IMG/VR virus record: IMGVR_UViG_3300028840_008157
Source of the DNA: a virus
Taxonomy: Duplodnaviria > Heunggongvirae > Uroviricota > Caudoviricetes
Length of the DNA: 64,000 nt
Strand: one strand, 5' to 3'
Both the position numbers and the translations under genes were made by a program. Below the pieces are notes generated by a model. The model was not told the origin of the DNA and made no database searches. It saw nothing but the letters and a program-made list of their open reading frames with translations. Positions 8,822-20,700 of the stretch are shown here, in pieces. Position 1 is the first letter of the stretch. Each line of letters begins with the position of its first letter.

Positions 8822-9751
8822 TTACCTCCTCTTCGATATTCCCTTCGGCTTCGCGCCGTCCATGACCTTGACGTCGGTGACCTTCCTCCTGGAGATGGGC
8901 GGCTTGACGCCTTCCTTCTCGATCTCATCGATTTCGCTCATGAGCTCCATCATCCCGCATTGTCGTGGGACGCCACGGGGCTTCGCGGGCGCTTCCTCCG
9001 CTTCCTCCTTGGCGGCCTCCTTGCGGGCCGGGACCATCTCGGCCATCCGCTCCTGCTCGGACGGCTCGTCCGCGTCGACGTCCATGGGGTCCGGCTCCGG
9101 GCCAGCCATGGCCACGCGCTTGTTCGGGTCGGCCGCGTAGTCCACGGCGTTCACCCCGTCGATGATCGGCGCCCATTGGTCCAGGCGCGCGTCGTTGTCC
9201 CGCGCCTGTTGGTTGGCGTAGTCCACCTCCATGCGCGCCGCCTCGGCGGACGATACCCATTGGAGGACGCCCTGGGCCAGTAGCCTCTTCAGAATCGCCG
9301 ACTTCTCGATGTCCTCCGGCCGAACGTTAGACATCTTCACGGCCCTGTCGTTCGGGACCGAGAAGCTCATCATGTGACCGGGGGATATCTCAGTCGTGGT
9401 GGGGAGGTCGTCGATGCAGATGGTCGTCCTGCTCGTCGACCTGATCCATCGTTCGGAGCGAGGCGTCTTCGGCTCCGGAGGGGGCTCGGGCTCCTGCGCC
9501 TCGTCTGGACTTGGCTCGTCCTCCCCGTCCTCCTGGGAGGGCAGCGAGCCCTCGTGCTCCTCCTCCATGAGCTGCGAGAGCGTGACCTCCATGGCCCTTT
9601 CGACGACGACGACGCGATACCTGTCGAAAAGGCTCTCGAAGAACCTCTTCTCGTCCTTGGCGCTCTCGGCCGGGAACTCCTTGATGGTCTTCCCGAACAC
9701 GATCTTCATTACGTCGCCATCGAGGAAAATAACGGCGGTCTTCTTTTCCAT
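8822..9751 (-). CDS. hypothetical acidic protein, 309 aa, with disordered linkers
   Basis: Long ORF in operon with GGAG RBS. An internal segment resembles the N-terminal module of the adjacent GT4. Confidence 0.75.
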   Translation of the reverse strand: MEKKTAVIFLDGDVMKIVFGKTIKEFPAESAKDEKRFFESLFDRYRVVVVERAMEVTLSQLMEEEHEGSLPSQEDGEDEPSPDEAQEPEPPPEPKTPRSERWIRSTSRTTICIDDLPTTTEISPGHMMSFSVPNDRAVKMSNVRPEDIEKSAILKRLLAQGVLQWVSSAEAARMEVDYANQQARDNDARLDQWAPIIDGVNAVDYAADPNKRVAMAGPEPDPMDVDADEPSEQERMAEMVPARKEAAKEEAEEAPAKPRGVPRQCGMMELMSEIDEIEKEGVKPPISRRKVTDVKVMDGAKPKGISKRR

Positions 9752-9754
9752 GAC

Positions 9755-11236
9755 TCATCTCCCTGCAAGGTTACCGTATGTCAGCTTCAACCTCTCATAC
9801 ATTTGATCTACGCAAACCGACCAGTCGTATTCCTTCAATATTCGCTGGCGCAGCAGCTCCCCCTTCGCCTTGGCCTCCTGCTGGTTCTCGTACACGTGCC
9901 TCATCAGGTGGCGCGTCTGCTCCACGGACTCCGGTCCGAATATCGGGAACTCGGCGTTCTCGTAGAAGTAGCTGATCCACGCCAGCTCCTTCTCGGCGGA
10001 ACGGAACCCATCCACGTCGACGAGGTACGAGTTGGAGTCGTCCAGGAAGTCCGTCTGCCCGCTGTACCGGGAAGCGATGCACGGTATGCCGCAAGCCCCG
10101 GCCTGGAGCCATGGGAGGCCGAAACCCTCGCCGCGACTGATCAACACGTAGCAGTCGGCGGCCGCGAACAAGCGCGGCATCATCTCGTCCGACAATACGT
10201 CCCCGAAGAAAGCGAGGTGTGGCTGCTTCCTGTTCGAGGTCAAGGACCTGATCTTGGCGATCTCGTCTCGGATGACCTGCTTCTTGGACTCGTCAGTGCT
10301 GCCGTAGTACCTCGTGGAGAGCAACAGCGTGACGGGTTCGTCGTCCGTGAATTCCTCGAAATACGCCTTCAGCAGGACGTCGTATCCCTTGCGGAGGCTC
10401 CACCCGAAAACGGCCAGGAAGACGAACTCCCTGAGGTTCCTGGAGAAGGCGATGGGCTCGACGCCGGGCTTGAAGGTCTTCGTGTCGACCCCGAGGGGGA
10501 CGACGGAGATCGGCCTCTTGACGCCGCTCTCCTGGAACACGTCTCGGCACCACCTCGAGGGGACGACGATCTCGTCGGCGCAGTTGCATCGGATGGCGTA
10601 GTCCTCGTGCAACCTGCGCGTCTCCATCATCGTGAATAGCATCTTGTAGCGCGACCAGTCGTAATGCAGCGGCGCCGTCATGCCGTATACCTTCGGGGCG
10701 TCGTCCGGAACGCGGGTGGACGAGATCCGCTTGAGCCTGGTCATGGTCGCCGGGTCCATGTCCGGCATCGAGGGGAGCATGTCGTAATGGACGTCGACGC
10801 CCTTCTCCTCGAGCCCAAGCATGAACCTGCGGTTCATGAGCGCGTATCCTCCCGCGTCGGTCGCCGGGCCGCTCCACGTGACCGACAGGCGACCGTCGTC
10901 CTTGAACTCCCTGATGGCCGATCTCTCGACGACCCTTGGTTTCCTGGGCTTCCCCGTTTCGTGGGCCGAGTGATCGTCCTTGACGAGCATGTCCTGCCTC
11001 TTGAGGTAAGGCGATTCCTGTTTCAGGTCGCTGGCGTCCTTCTTCTTGGGCATCTTGGCGGGGATGCCCTTCGTCACGTCCATGAGCAACCCTCCCGATA
11101 TGGCGTATCGGAGGGCTTTGGATCCGGCCGCGTCGAGGTCGTCGATCTCGAAGGGCTCGTTGTCCCTGCTATAGAGGACGGCCACGTTGATGTCGTCGAG
11201 GAAGACGGTTCCCTCTGACAGGTTCAGTACTTTCAT
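9755..11236 (-). CDS. GT4-family (GT-B) glycosyltransferase with an extra N-terminal module, ~493 aa
   Basis: FLAVFGWSLRKGYDVLLKAY and CYVLISRGEGFGLPWLQAGACGIPCI motifs. The ATG at 11236 has a GGAG RBS; upstream ATGs at 11257 and 11275 are possible alternatives. Confidence 0.9.
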   Translation of the reverse strand: MKVLNLSEGTVFLDDINVAVLYSRDNEPFEIDDLDAAGSKALRYAISGGLLMDVTKGIPAKMPKKKDASDLKQESPYLKRQDMLVKDDHSAHETGKPRKPRVVERSAIREFKDDGRLSVTWSGPATDAGGYALMNRRFMLGLEEKGVDVHYDMLPSMPDMDPATMTRLKRISSTRVPDDAPKVYGMTAPLHYDWSRYKMLFTMMETRRLHEDYAIRCNCADEIVVPSRWCRDVFQESGVKRPISVVPLGVDTKTFKPGVEPIAFSRNLREFVFLAVFGWSLRKGYDVLLKAYFEEFTDDEPVTLLLSTRYYGSTDESKKQVIRDEIAKIRSLTSNRKQPHLAFFGDVLSDEMMPRLFAAADCYVLISRGEGFGLPWLQAGACGIPCIASRYSGQTDFLDDSNSYLVDVDGFRSAEKELAWISYFYENAEFPIFGPESVEQTRHLMRHVYENQQEAKAKGELLRQRILKEYDWSVCVDQMYERLKLTYGNLAGR

Positions 11237-11287
11237 GTCGTCTCCGTTCAGGTCATACATACTACACGTAGACATGATACGTCGTCA

Positions 11288-13198
11288 TTACTGTACTTGG
11301 GCTATGCTCAGGGAGCTCCCGTTCGCCACGAGGCTTCCTGAGCCAGCGGTCATGCAAGCCTGCAATTTGAACTTGTCCCCAGACGATACGTCGAGCTGTA
11401 CGTTGAACGACACGGTGACCGAGTCGCCATTCGGGTTGGAGTCCATTATGGTTCCCGGGACCACGGCGTACCCGGATCCCTGGTCCCTCGCCAGCCTCCC
11501 CTCGGACGTGCTGTTGTTTCCTCCGTCAACGGTGTACCGCCCCGATATCTCATAGCGGCCGGCGACGTTGACCGTGACCTCCGCGCCCGAATGCGTCATC
11601 CCGCTGGTCTTCACGTGCTCCGCCGAAAGCGAGACGTCCGTCCAGCTAGGCGACGACGCAAGGCTCGCCTCTCCGGTCCCGTCGTATCCGCAGAAGGACT
11701 CCATCGAGGACGATGCGCCGGACGGGACGTACTTCGTGATGACGCTCGACTGCGCAGACTGGGAGAAGTCCAGCTTCATGCTGGCATACTCGCGGTAGGC
11801 ATGGTACGCGTCCGCATCCCCCACGTCGACCTGGACGGAGGGGTTGATGGTATAAACGACGCCCATGCCGGTCACGTCGGTCCTGTCCCAGCGAGTCACC
11901 GTGGACGACGAGGCCCCGTATCCCGTATCTGACGTTCCGTACCCCTCGAGGCTCCACATCATCGAGGAGACGAACCCGAAGTCGTACAGTGATTGGCCGC
12001 CGGAGTTGTCGTTGTTGATGAGGCCGGCCGCCGCGAGGTTTATCCCGTACGTGGCGCGATGGCCCGTGACCTTTACCCCCCGGGACGCCCATTGGGCCTT
12101 CGGCTCGTACCCTTCGTACCCGCTGTCCGTATAGGACGTCGTGTTTATCGGGAAGCTCTCCACCAACAACCAATCGTTGTAGGTCAGGGTCGACTCGACT
12201 AACGACGGGTTCCATGTCGAGTTCGGGTAGCTGGGGTCGTTCGCGGTTCCCAAAACGTGGTCTGAGTTCCATGCGTTCACGAAGCAGAGCATCGACTGGC
12301 CGTGGACGTAGTCGACCTTCTGGTTGAACGCCGCCCGGCCGTTGGTCGTTGTCGTTCCTTGATCGTATCCCGCCACGTCCATGAAGACGCCATGGACGCC
12401 GAGCGTGACCCATTGACCGACCTTCGTGCAAAACGTCGCGTAGGCGTCCGTCGTGGCGACGTAACCGAAGATCAACGCCCGCGGGTTAAGGGCCTTGATT
12501 CGCGGGATGATCACGCTCGTGTTGGAATAGTCCCCGTGCGAGGGATTCTGGATTCCATCCCCGAAGACGAGAAGCCCGTAGCGGGACATGTCCTGCGCCA
12601 CTTTCTCGTTGTTCCAGGCGTGCGTCCCGTAATTGAACGAGTTGAGCCAGCCATAGTAGATCAGCATGTCCCGTGGCCTGGAATACGAAGCCTGGATCAC
12701 CTCCTGGTTGTGCCAGCCAGTCTTGCCGTGGATCGTGTTCAGGTTGGTCACCGAGCCGCTGGCCCCGATGAGCGGCACGTGCCCTGAGACGTGTAGGGGG
12801 TTGTCGGAGTCGTTGAAGATTTCTCGCCTGTTCACCAGCGTCTGCATGACGTCGAACGGGCCCTTGATGCCCGTGTGCTGGTCGGTCACCGTACAGTTCG
12901 AGTCCAGGAACTGCGTTATCTCCGGGTCCTCCTGGAACGTCGGCGTGTTGTCGTGGGCCGCGATCAGGCCCCCCGCCGGGCTCGTCGTGTCGCCGTCCAA
13001 CGTCGTCTTGTCGCCGGACGACAGCTCGGCGACGAAGACGACGTCTATTCGATCCTCGTCGTCCCCGGCGGGGTTCGTGTCCACCCGGTCCAAGCTCGTG
13101 GCTATCGAGCTCGCACCGATCTCCGTGACGAGCTTCTCGGTATTGACCGCTCCATCAGGAAAGTCGTTGACTATCGAGTAGGTATAGGCGTAGCTCAT
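11288..13198 (-). CDS. putative virion protein with a glycoside-hydrolase-like (beta/alpha)8 barrel and a C-terminal C1q/TNF-like domain, ~636 aa
   Basis: ATG at 13198 overlaps the TGA of the upstream gene (ATGA). Motifs MLIYYGW, YGLLVFGDG, IKALNPRALIFGYV, GVHGVFMD.AGYD, CFVNAWN and WLLVESF. The C-terminus VTVNVAGRYEISGRYTV...LDVSSGDKFKLQA is C1q-like. Confidence 0.65.
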   Translation of the reverse strand: MSYAYTYSIVNDFPDGAVNTEKLVTEIGASSIATSLDRVDTNPAGDDEDRIDVVFVAELSSGDKTTLDGDTTSPAGGLIAAHDNTPTFQEDPEITQFLDSNCTVTDQHTGIKGPFDVMQTLVNRREIFNDSDNPLHVSGHVPLIGASGSVTNLNTIHGKTGWHNQEVIQASYSRPRDMLIYYGWLNSFNYGTHAWNNEKVAQDMSRYGLLVFGDGIQNPSHGDYSNTSVIIPRIKALNPRALIFGYVATTDAYATFCTKVGQWVTLGVHGVFMDVAGYDQGTTTTNGRAAFNQKVDYVHGQSMLCFVNAWNSDHVLGTANDPSYPNSTWNPSLVESTLTYNDWLLVESFPINTTSYTDSGYEGYEPKAQWASRGVKVTGHRATYGINLAAAGLINNDNSGGQSLYDFGFVSSMMWSLEGYGTSDTGYGASSSTVTRWDRTDVTGMGVVYTINPSVQVDVGDADAYHAYREYASMKLDFSQSAQSSVITKYVPSGASSSMESFCGYDGTGEASLASSPSWTDVSLSAEHVKTSGMTHSGAEVTVNVAGRYEISGRYTVDGGNNSTSEGRLARDQGSGYAVVPGTIMDSNPNGDSVTVSFNVQLDVSSGDKFKLQACMTAGSGSLVANGSSLSIAQVQ

Positions 13199-14772
13199 CC
13201 GACCCTCCAAATCTCGATCCTGGCATCCTTGATCGCCTGGGTCTTGCCGCCACCGTCGTCTCGCCACTGAATGACCAGTTCCCTGGACTCCTCGCTGAAC
13301 TCCAGCGTCAGGAAACCGCCCGAGAAAACCCAAGCGTCCTTGTCGGAGCAGGCATACCTCTGGGCGTCCCAAAGGTTTTCACCATTGGTCACATCCCGAA
13401 AGCGAACCCGGTTGAGGAACCCGTCGTTCTGTATGAGCGCCTGCCATTGTATGCGGTAGGTTCCCGTCAGGGTCGGTGTAGTCATGCTGAGCTTGTCCTG
13501 AAAAGTACTGGAGGTGGTCGTGCTCTTGCTTAGGTCCTCGACAACCAGGTAGTCCTCTGGCCCGATGTGTTCCGGAGGCGTCGGGGCGTTGCCGCCGAGG
13601 ACCATCAGCGAGCTTCGCAGGTCCTCGATGTCCCTCAGCCTGGCGTGCGGCGTGTTGCCGTAGGCCGTGCTGGTCTGGAAGATCAGCCTGTAGATAACCT
13701 TGGCCTCGGCGAGCAGCTCGCTGGGGACCGAGAGGTCCGAGAAGGCGTTGTTGTCCCTCGCGTCCCCTAGGTTCGTGTCCTCCCGCTGACCGAGTATGGC
13801 CATTACGGGTTCCTCCCACGAGACCCCGTCGGAGGGGACGCCGCGATTGTTCGAGGCGAAAAGCCACATCGCCACGAAGTTTCCATTTGAGGAGGCGTCC
13901 TCCTGGGACCACGTGCCGCCCGTGTTCTTGTTGTACTTGATCCGGCTCGTGCCCTGGAGGATAGGGAACGTGTTGGCGTTCGTCCTCCTCCACACGGGCG
14001 TCGCCCCGTCCAGGTAAAAGACGGGGATGTTGGCTATGGGGGACAATTCCTGGACGAAACGACCACTGGTTCCGTCGGATATGCTGATTACAAGGTCCTC
14101 GTCGTGGACCGTTCCGTTCGAGATGCTTACCTGGGCGTGGGAGTCGGTGTCTCCGTCGCCAACGATGGTACCGCTCAGGCCGAGCCCCTTCTCGTATCTG
14201 GTCCGAACGGTCAAGTGAAGGTACTTGTGGGTCGACCAAGGCATTGCCAGGCCATGCCGCTCGTCCGCGAAGCTGATCGCCTTGGAGTTGGACGCGTCCC
14301 ATCTGAGGATGGCCACTGTCCCCGCCGCCTCGAAGCTCCATGGCGTCTGAGACGCCACGAGCGACCCGGTCGTGTCGAAGTAAATGAACCATAAACCTTC
14401 TGAAATTGTGAAATCGGTCCCGTCGCCAACCAACGTCTGGTTTTCCGAGAACGAGTACCGGTGTCCGTTCACGTAGACGTAGAACGAGCTTCCCGTCTTG
14501 CTCAGGGTGAAAGTGGTCGTGGAGTCATCCCAGCTTATCTCCGTGTCTGTAACGTTGGGAAAGCCGGTCGGATAATCGCCTACGGCGTCCACGAGGGGGA
14601 CGACGTCCACGGACGGCGTCGCGGTATCAGACCTCTTGCGGTATAGGTTCCCCTCGGAGTCCACGATGATTGACCCAACGGGACAGTGGTCGGTGGTCGT
14701 TTGGGTGGGATCATGGGTGACCTCTATGAGGTACCTAGATTCTCCAAAGCTAGAATGTGAAATCGTTGCCAT
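13195..14772 (-). CDS. putative tail-fibre/appendage protein, 525 aa
   Basis: Beta-rich, Ser/Thr/Gly/Asp-rich sequence with a C-terminal jelly-roll-like domain (TLTGTYRIQWQA...DARIEIWRVG); lies in the fibre-gene cluster. Confidence 0.55.
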   Translation of the reverse strand: MATISHSSFGESRYLIEVTHDPTQTTTDHCPVGSIIVDSEGNLYRKRSDTATPSVDVVPLVDAVGDYPTGFPNVTDTEISWDDSTTTFTLSKTGSSFYVYVNGHRYSFSENQTLVGDGTDFTISEGLWFIYFDTTGSLVASQTPWSFEAAGTVAILRWDASNSKAISFADERHGLAMPWSTHKYLHLTVRTRYEKGLGLSGTIVGDGDTDSHAQVSISNGTVHDEDLVISISDGTSGRFVQELSPIANIPVFYLDGATPVWRRTNANTFPILQGTSRIKYNKNTGGTWSQEDASSNGNFVAMWLFASNNRGVPSDGVSWEEPVMAILGQREDTNLGDARDNNAFSDLSVPSELLAEAKVIYRLIFQTSTAYGNTPHARLRDIEDLRSSLMVLGGNAPTPPEHIGPEDYLVVEDLSKSTTTSSTFQDKLSMTTPTLTGTYRIQWQALIQNDGFLNRVRFRDVTNGENLWDAQRYACSDKDAWVFSGGFLTLEFSEESRELVIQWRDDGGGKTQAIKDARIEIWRVG

Positions 14773-14773
14773 G

Positions 14774-17700
14774 TCAGATGCTTATCTCCGAGACCCAAGT
14801 TTCGCTTCTCCACTTGATCGTCGTGCCAGCTTGGCCTTTAACAAGGATTTCCAGATCGTTGCCGTTGACGCCTATGGTTGCGTCCCACTGCGCCGACGAT
14901 TCCCTGGTCGTCGTCGTCTCGACCGGTCCTTGCAGGTCCGCGGCCGCCGCCTCTCGATAAGCCAACGCTCGCCTGACGTACCCGGCCCTGTTCGATCCAT
15001 CGTCTTGGATGGCGACTATGTGTGTTTCTACGAACACCGCAGTATTCGTGTCCATGGCGATGGTGTCGATTGTCGTATCCGTATTGTCCGTGGTCGTGAC
15101 GTAGGCGACTCGGAAGTTGGCCATCGGGCCGGTCCCGCTGAACCCTGACGACCCTGAGAATCCCGACGTACCGGAAAACGCGGACTTGCCTGAGAATCCC
15201 GACGTCCCGCTATGACCTGACGTCCCGGAGAACGCCGACGTCCCGCTATGGCCGGACGTTCCGGATATCCCCGATGCGCCGCTATGACTTGACGCGCCGC
15301 TATGGCCAGAGGTTCCGGAGAATCCAGATGTCCCGCTGTAGGCGGACGTTCCGGATGCACCTGACGTACCCGAGTAAGCGGATGCGCCTGACGTGCCCGA
15401 CGTCCCGCTATGGCCTGATGTCCCGCTGTATCCGGAAGGTCCCGAGGGCCCCGAATATCCCTTTCCGCTAAATCCGGAGGAACCACTATACCCGGAGGTT
15501 CCGCTGTACCCGGAAACCCCCGAGGGACCACTAGGACCGCTTGGCCCGGAATAACCCTCGCCGGAGAACCCGGAAGAACCTGAATAGCCCGACTGCCCTG
15601 ATGCGCCGGACAACGCGCTTGAACCGCTGGCCCCGGAGCTTCCGCTTGCCCCTGATGATCCGGAGTGTCCCGAATAACCCGAAGTTCCGGCCCCGCTATA
15701 CCCGGATGTCCCGGAATACGAGCTCGTTCCCGAATGTCCGGACTCGCCGGATGACCCGCTGGAGCCCGAGAAGCCCGGCTGTCCGGAGAAGGCCGACGTT
15801 CCAGACGTTCCGCTAGATCCGGAATTGCCGCTCGTGCCGCTGAATCCGCTTCCGCCACTGGTCCCGGAGAAGGCGCTTTGGCCCGAAGCTCCGGACGAGC
15901 CGCTGGTTCCTGATTGGCCACTGGTGGACGATGCACCGGAAACTCCGGAGAATCCAGACCGGCCAGATTGGCCGGAGAACGCAGAGGCTCCAGACTGGCC
16001 ACTGGTCCCCGACGTACCGACGAGGCCACTGAACCCGCTGGTCCCGCTGGTCCCGCTGGTCCCGGACAGGGCGGAAGTCCCTGACGAGCCACTCAGTCCG
16101 GAGAATCCGCTGGTTCCAGATGAGCCACTATCCCCGGACGTTCCGGAATGCCCCGATTGGCCGCTGAAAGCCGAGGTGCCGCTGTTGCCTCTCGCCCCGG
16201 AATAACCGCTGTCTCCTATCTCACCGGAGAATCCCGAGCGACCACTCGTTCCGGACGCCCCTGATACGCCGCTATGACCAGACGTGCCGGTCCCGGAGAA
16301 TCCGCTGCCCCCGGAGGTTCCACTGGTACCACTGGTACCAGTGGAACCCGAAGATCCGCTCTGGCCGCTTGTTCCGCTTTGCCCGGACCATGAACTGATC
16401 CCGGAAAAACCGCTGCCGCCGCTGCTACCACTACTTCCGGAGACGCCACTGACTCCGGAAGCCCCGCTGTCGCCTGGCGAACCGCTAAATCCGCTATCGC
16501 CGCTAGTACCGCTATGGCCAGATGAGCCACTGGAGCCACTGCTTCCACTGTATCCACTGGCCCCTGTCCCGCTGAAGCCTGATCGTCCGGACGAGCCGCT
16601 GTACGCCGATGATCCGGACGAACCGGATTGCCCGGAGAACGCGCTCGTCCCGCTCGCGCCTGAACGTCCGGATTCCCCGGATTCTCCTGGCGTCCCGCTG
16701 AAGCCGGAAGACCCGCTCGCGCCCGAACGTCCGGACGTTCCGCTGATTCCGCTGAAGGCACTCCTTCCCGAAGCCCCCGAAACACCAGAGAATCCACTGG
16801 ACCCTGAATGGGCGGAAGTCCCGGAAAGACCGCTGTTTCCGGACTGCCCGGATGTTCCGATTGACCCACTGAACCCGCTTCGTCCACTGGTACCGCTGGA
16901 ACCGCTGCTCCCCGAATGCCCGCTACTTCCGCTCGTCCCACTATGCCCGGACGCGCCGCTGGTTCCGCTCGATCCGACTTCGCCTGAGAAGCCCGAGGAA
17001 CCACTGCCTCCGGATGAGCCACTGGACCCCGACGTTCCGGTCCCGGAGAACCCACTGGAGCCCGAGGTACCGCTCGCGCCGGAATAACCTTGTTCGCCGC
17101 TCGTCCCGGACGCTCCGGATTGCCCTTGTTCTCCGCTGGTCCCGGAGAAACCGGACGAACCACTGGTACCGGAATAGGCGGACGCGCCCGAGATACCGCT
17201 CGTCCCGCTCTGGCCGCTTTGCCCGGTATCACCGCTGAATCCGCTAGACCCGCTAGACCCTGATTGGCCGCTTGATCCCGTCCCGCTAAAACCACTGGTT
17301 CCTGAAGCGCCGGACGTTCCGCTCGCGCCGCTTGCGCCGGACGTTCCGCTCGCGCCGCTTGCGCCGGACGTTCCGCTCGCGCCGCTCTGGCCGGACGGCG
17401 AACTATAACCCGACGCCCCGGAGAATGCGCTTTGGCCGCTGCTTCCTGATTGCCCGCTGGTCCCTGATTGGCCGCTATGAGCGGACGAACCGCTGAAACC
17501 GCTGGTCCCCGAACCGCCGCTCGTCCCGGAGCTACCGCTATGTCCGCTGCTCCCGGAGGAGCCGCTTCGCCCGGACGCTCCGGACTGTCCACTCAGGCCG
17601 CTTTCGCCAGGCGTTCCGGCTTGACCACTGTAACCGCTAACTCCTGAATGGGACGAGACGCCCGAGAACCCGCTGGTACCGGAGGCTCCCGACGTTCCGG

Positions 17701-20700
17701 ATACGCCGCTTGTTCCCGGGGTCCCGATCCCACTGAACCCTGATTGTCCCGAAACGCCGCTAGTCCCGGAGATACCGGAACGTCCGGACGTGCCGGAGAA
17801 AGCACTGAAACCGCTACTACCCGATGTCCCCGATGTTCCCGACGCGCCGCTCGAACCCGAGAACGACGACGACCCGGATATCCCGCTGAAGCCGCTGACG
17901 CCGGAAGCACCGCTCGCGCCGGATTGACCGGAATGCGCGGATGATCCGCTGTGCCCGCTCGAACCGCTTGAACCACTACTTCCGCTAGACCCGCTGCTCC
18001 CTGATTGTCCGCTGGATCCCGTTCCGCTGAAGCCACTGGTTCCTGATTTTCCGGACGTGCCTGAAAATCCCGACGCCCCGCTCTCTCCGCTGTTTCCGGA
18101 ATAACCGCTTTGACCGGACGGCGAACTATAACCCGACGTCCCGGAGAACGCGCTTTGGCCGCTGTGCCCGCTATGAGCGGATGACCCGCTAAAGCCGCTG
18201 CTTCCGGACGCGCCACTTGTCCCTGAGCTTCCACCATGACCTGACGTTCCGGAAACCCCAGACGAGCCGCTTGTCCCCGATGGGCCAGGTGACGCACTAA
18301 ATCCTGATGAGCCGCTCGTCCCGGACGCGCCGCTCGTCCCGGACGCGCCGCTGGTCCCGGATTCGCCGTTGCTTCCGGAAAGGCCGCTGAATCCGCTGAT
18401 ACCAGAAGAACCGCTGGTCCCGGAAGAACCGCTGGTCCCGGAAGAACCGCTGACACCGGACGTCCCAATCCCGCTAAATCCTGATTTCCCACTGCCTCCG
18501 GACGCGCCTGACGTACCGGACCATCCAGAGAAGGCGCTCGCTCCGGACTCGCCGCTCGTACCGGAATATCCGGACGCGCCCGACTCGCCCGACGCCCCGC
18601 TGAAGCCGCTCGTCCCCGATGTTCCGGAGATACCGCTAAGCCCACTTGTCCCCGAGTCCCCGATCCCGGAAAAACCGGAGGATCCGCTTGTCCCCGAAGA
18701 CCCGCTGACTCCTGAATGGCCGCTTTGTCCTGGATTGCCGCTAAATCCGGAAGATCCAGAATGTCCGGATGACCCGCTGGTCCCGGAATGGGCCGAGGTT
18801 CCGGAGTAGCCGCTGGACCCGCTGCTGCCGGATTGTCCGGAATCACCGATCGATCCGCTAAATCCGCTTTGCCCGGAAAGGCCTGAATGACCCGATGCTC
18901 CGCTGGCCCCTGAATAAGCACTGAAGCCCGAAGATCCGCTTGTTCCGGATGATCCGCTCGTTCCGCTTAGGCCAGGACTACCGCTTGATCCGGAATAGCC
19001 GGATGACCCGCTAAGGGCCGACGAACCGGAGAAACCGCTCGATCCTGAGAGGCCACTTTGGCCTGACGTTCCGCTCTCACCGGAATGACCGCTAAGGGCC
19101 GACGAACCGGAGAACCCGCTGCTTCCGGATGCCCCGCTTTGTCCGCTGGCCCCGCTCTCGCCGCTTGTTCCGACTTCCCCGGAGAAGCCCGAGGAACCAC
19201 TGCCTCCGGATGAGCCACTGGAACCTGATGTTCCAATCCCGGAAAATCCCGAGGAACCGCTGGTCCCACTTGAACCGCTGTCCCCTGAATGCCCGCTTGT
19301 CCCAGGGGAGCCTGAAATTCCAGAGAATCCGGATGAACCGGAAGACCCGCTGAACGCGCTCTGCCCGGAATGGCCACTCAGTCCGCTTTCGCCAATCGCG
19401 CCGCTTTGTCCGCTGGTACCCGAAGATCCGGAGTAAGACGAGATTCCGGAAAACCCGCTGCTTCCGGAATCTCCAGACGTTCCTGATGTTCCGCTCGTAC
19501 CTGACGTGCCGACCCCGCTGAAACCAGACTCTCCAGAAGTTCCAGACGACCCGCTATGTCCAGACGTTCCTGAGAAAGCGCTCGTCCCGCTCGCGCCGGA
19601 ATGACCGCTAATGGCCGATGAGCCCGAGAAACCGCTCGAACCAGATGTCCCGCTTGTCCCGCTGCTTCCGGATTGGGCGGAATGACCGGACGCGCCGCTG
19701 AATCCTGACGCGCCGCTCGTCCCGGACGAACCTGATGTCCCGGATATCCCGCTAAGTCCGCTTTCTCCCTCGATGCCCGACGTGCCGCTGAACGCGCTCG
19801 TCCCGCTCGTCCCGCTCGCTCCGGACGTTCCACTTGCCCCCGATGTTCCTGTTCCGGAAAATCCGCTTGTCCCTGAGGACCCGCTAAGGCCGCTCGTTCC
19901 GGAATGACCACTGTTCCCGGAATCTCCTGACCATGCACTTTCCCCGGAGAATCCTGACGTACCGGAAGAACCGGAGGCCCCGCTGAACGCGCTCGTCCCG
20001 CTGGTTCCGGATTGTCCGCTGGAAGATGTCCCACTGAAGCCTGAGTTTCCGCTGTGCCCGGACGTACCTGAATGCCCGCTCTGGCCGCTTGTCCCACTCA
20101 ATCCGCTTTCGCCAGCCGTTCCGCTTTGTCCGCTCGATCCAGATGCGCCGCTGCTTCCCGAGAATCCGCTCGCTCCGCTTTGACCGGAGAACCCCGAGCT
20201 TCCTGAGAATGCGCTTTGTCCGCTACTCCCGCTGGACCCGCTGACGCCCGAAGAACCGGATTGTCCGGACGCCGCGCTAAATCCGCTGGTTCCGGAATGA
20301 CCAGAAAAGGCGCTCGTTCCCGAGGATCCTGACGACCCCGACGCGCCAGATGAACCGCTGGCTCCCGAAATCCCTGGCGCTGCGCTGAATCCTGACGCGC
20401 CGCTCGTCCCGGACGCTCCGGATTGACCTTGTTCGCCGCTCGTCCCTGAGAAACCGGACGAACCACTGGTGCCGGAATAGGCGGACGAACCAGAATACCC
20501 TGAGGCTCCGCTATTTCCGGATTGGCCGCTTTGCCCAACATCGCCGCTAAAACCACTGGCCCCGGAATGACCGGATGTCCCACTACTTCCGGAAGATCCG
20601 CTCGTTCCCGAGTCGGCGCTAAATCCGGACGACCCACTCGCCCCGGAATGGCCTGACGTCCCGCTATCGCCGGACGTCCCGCTAGTCCCGGAAGAACCGC

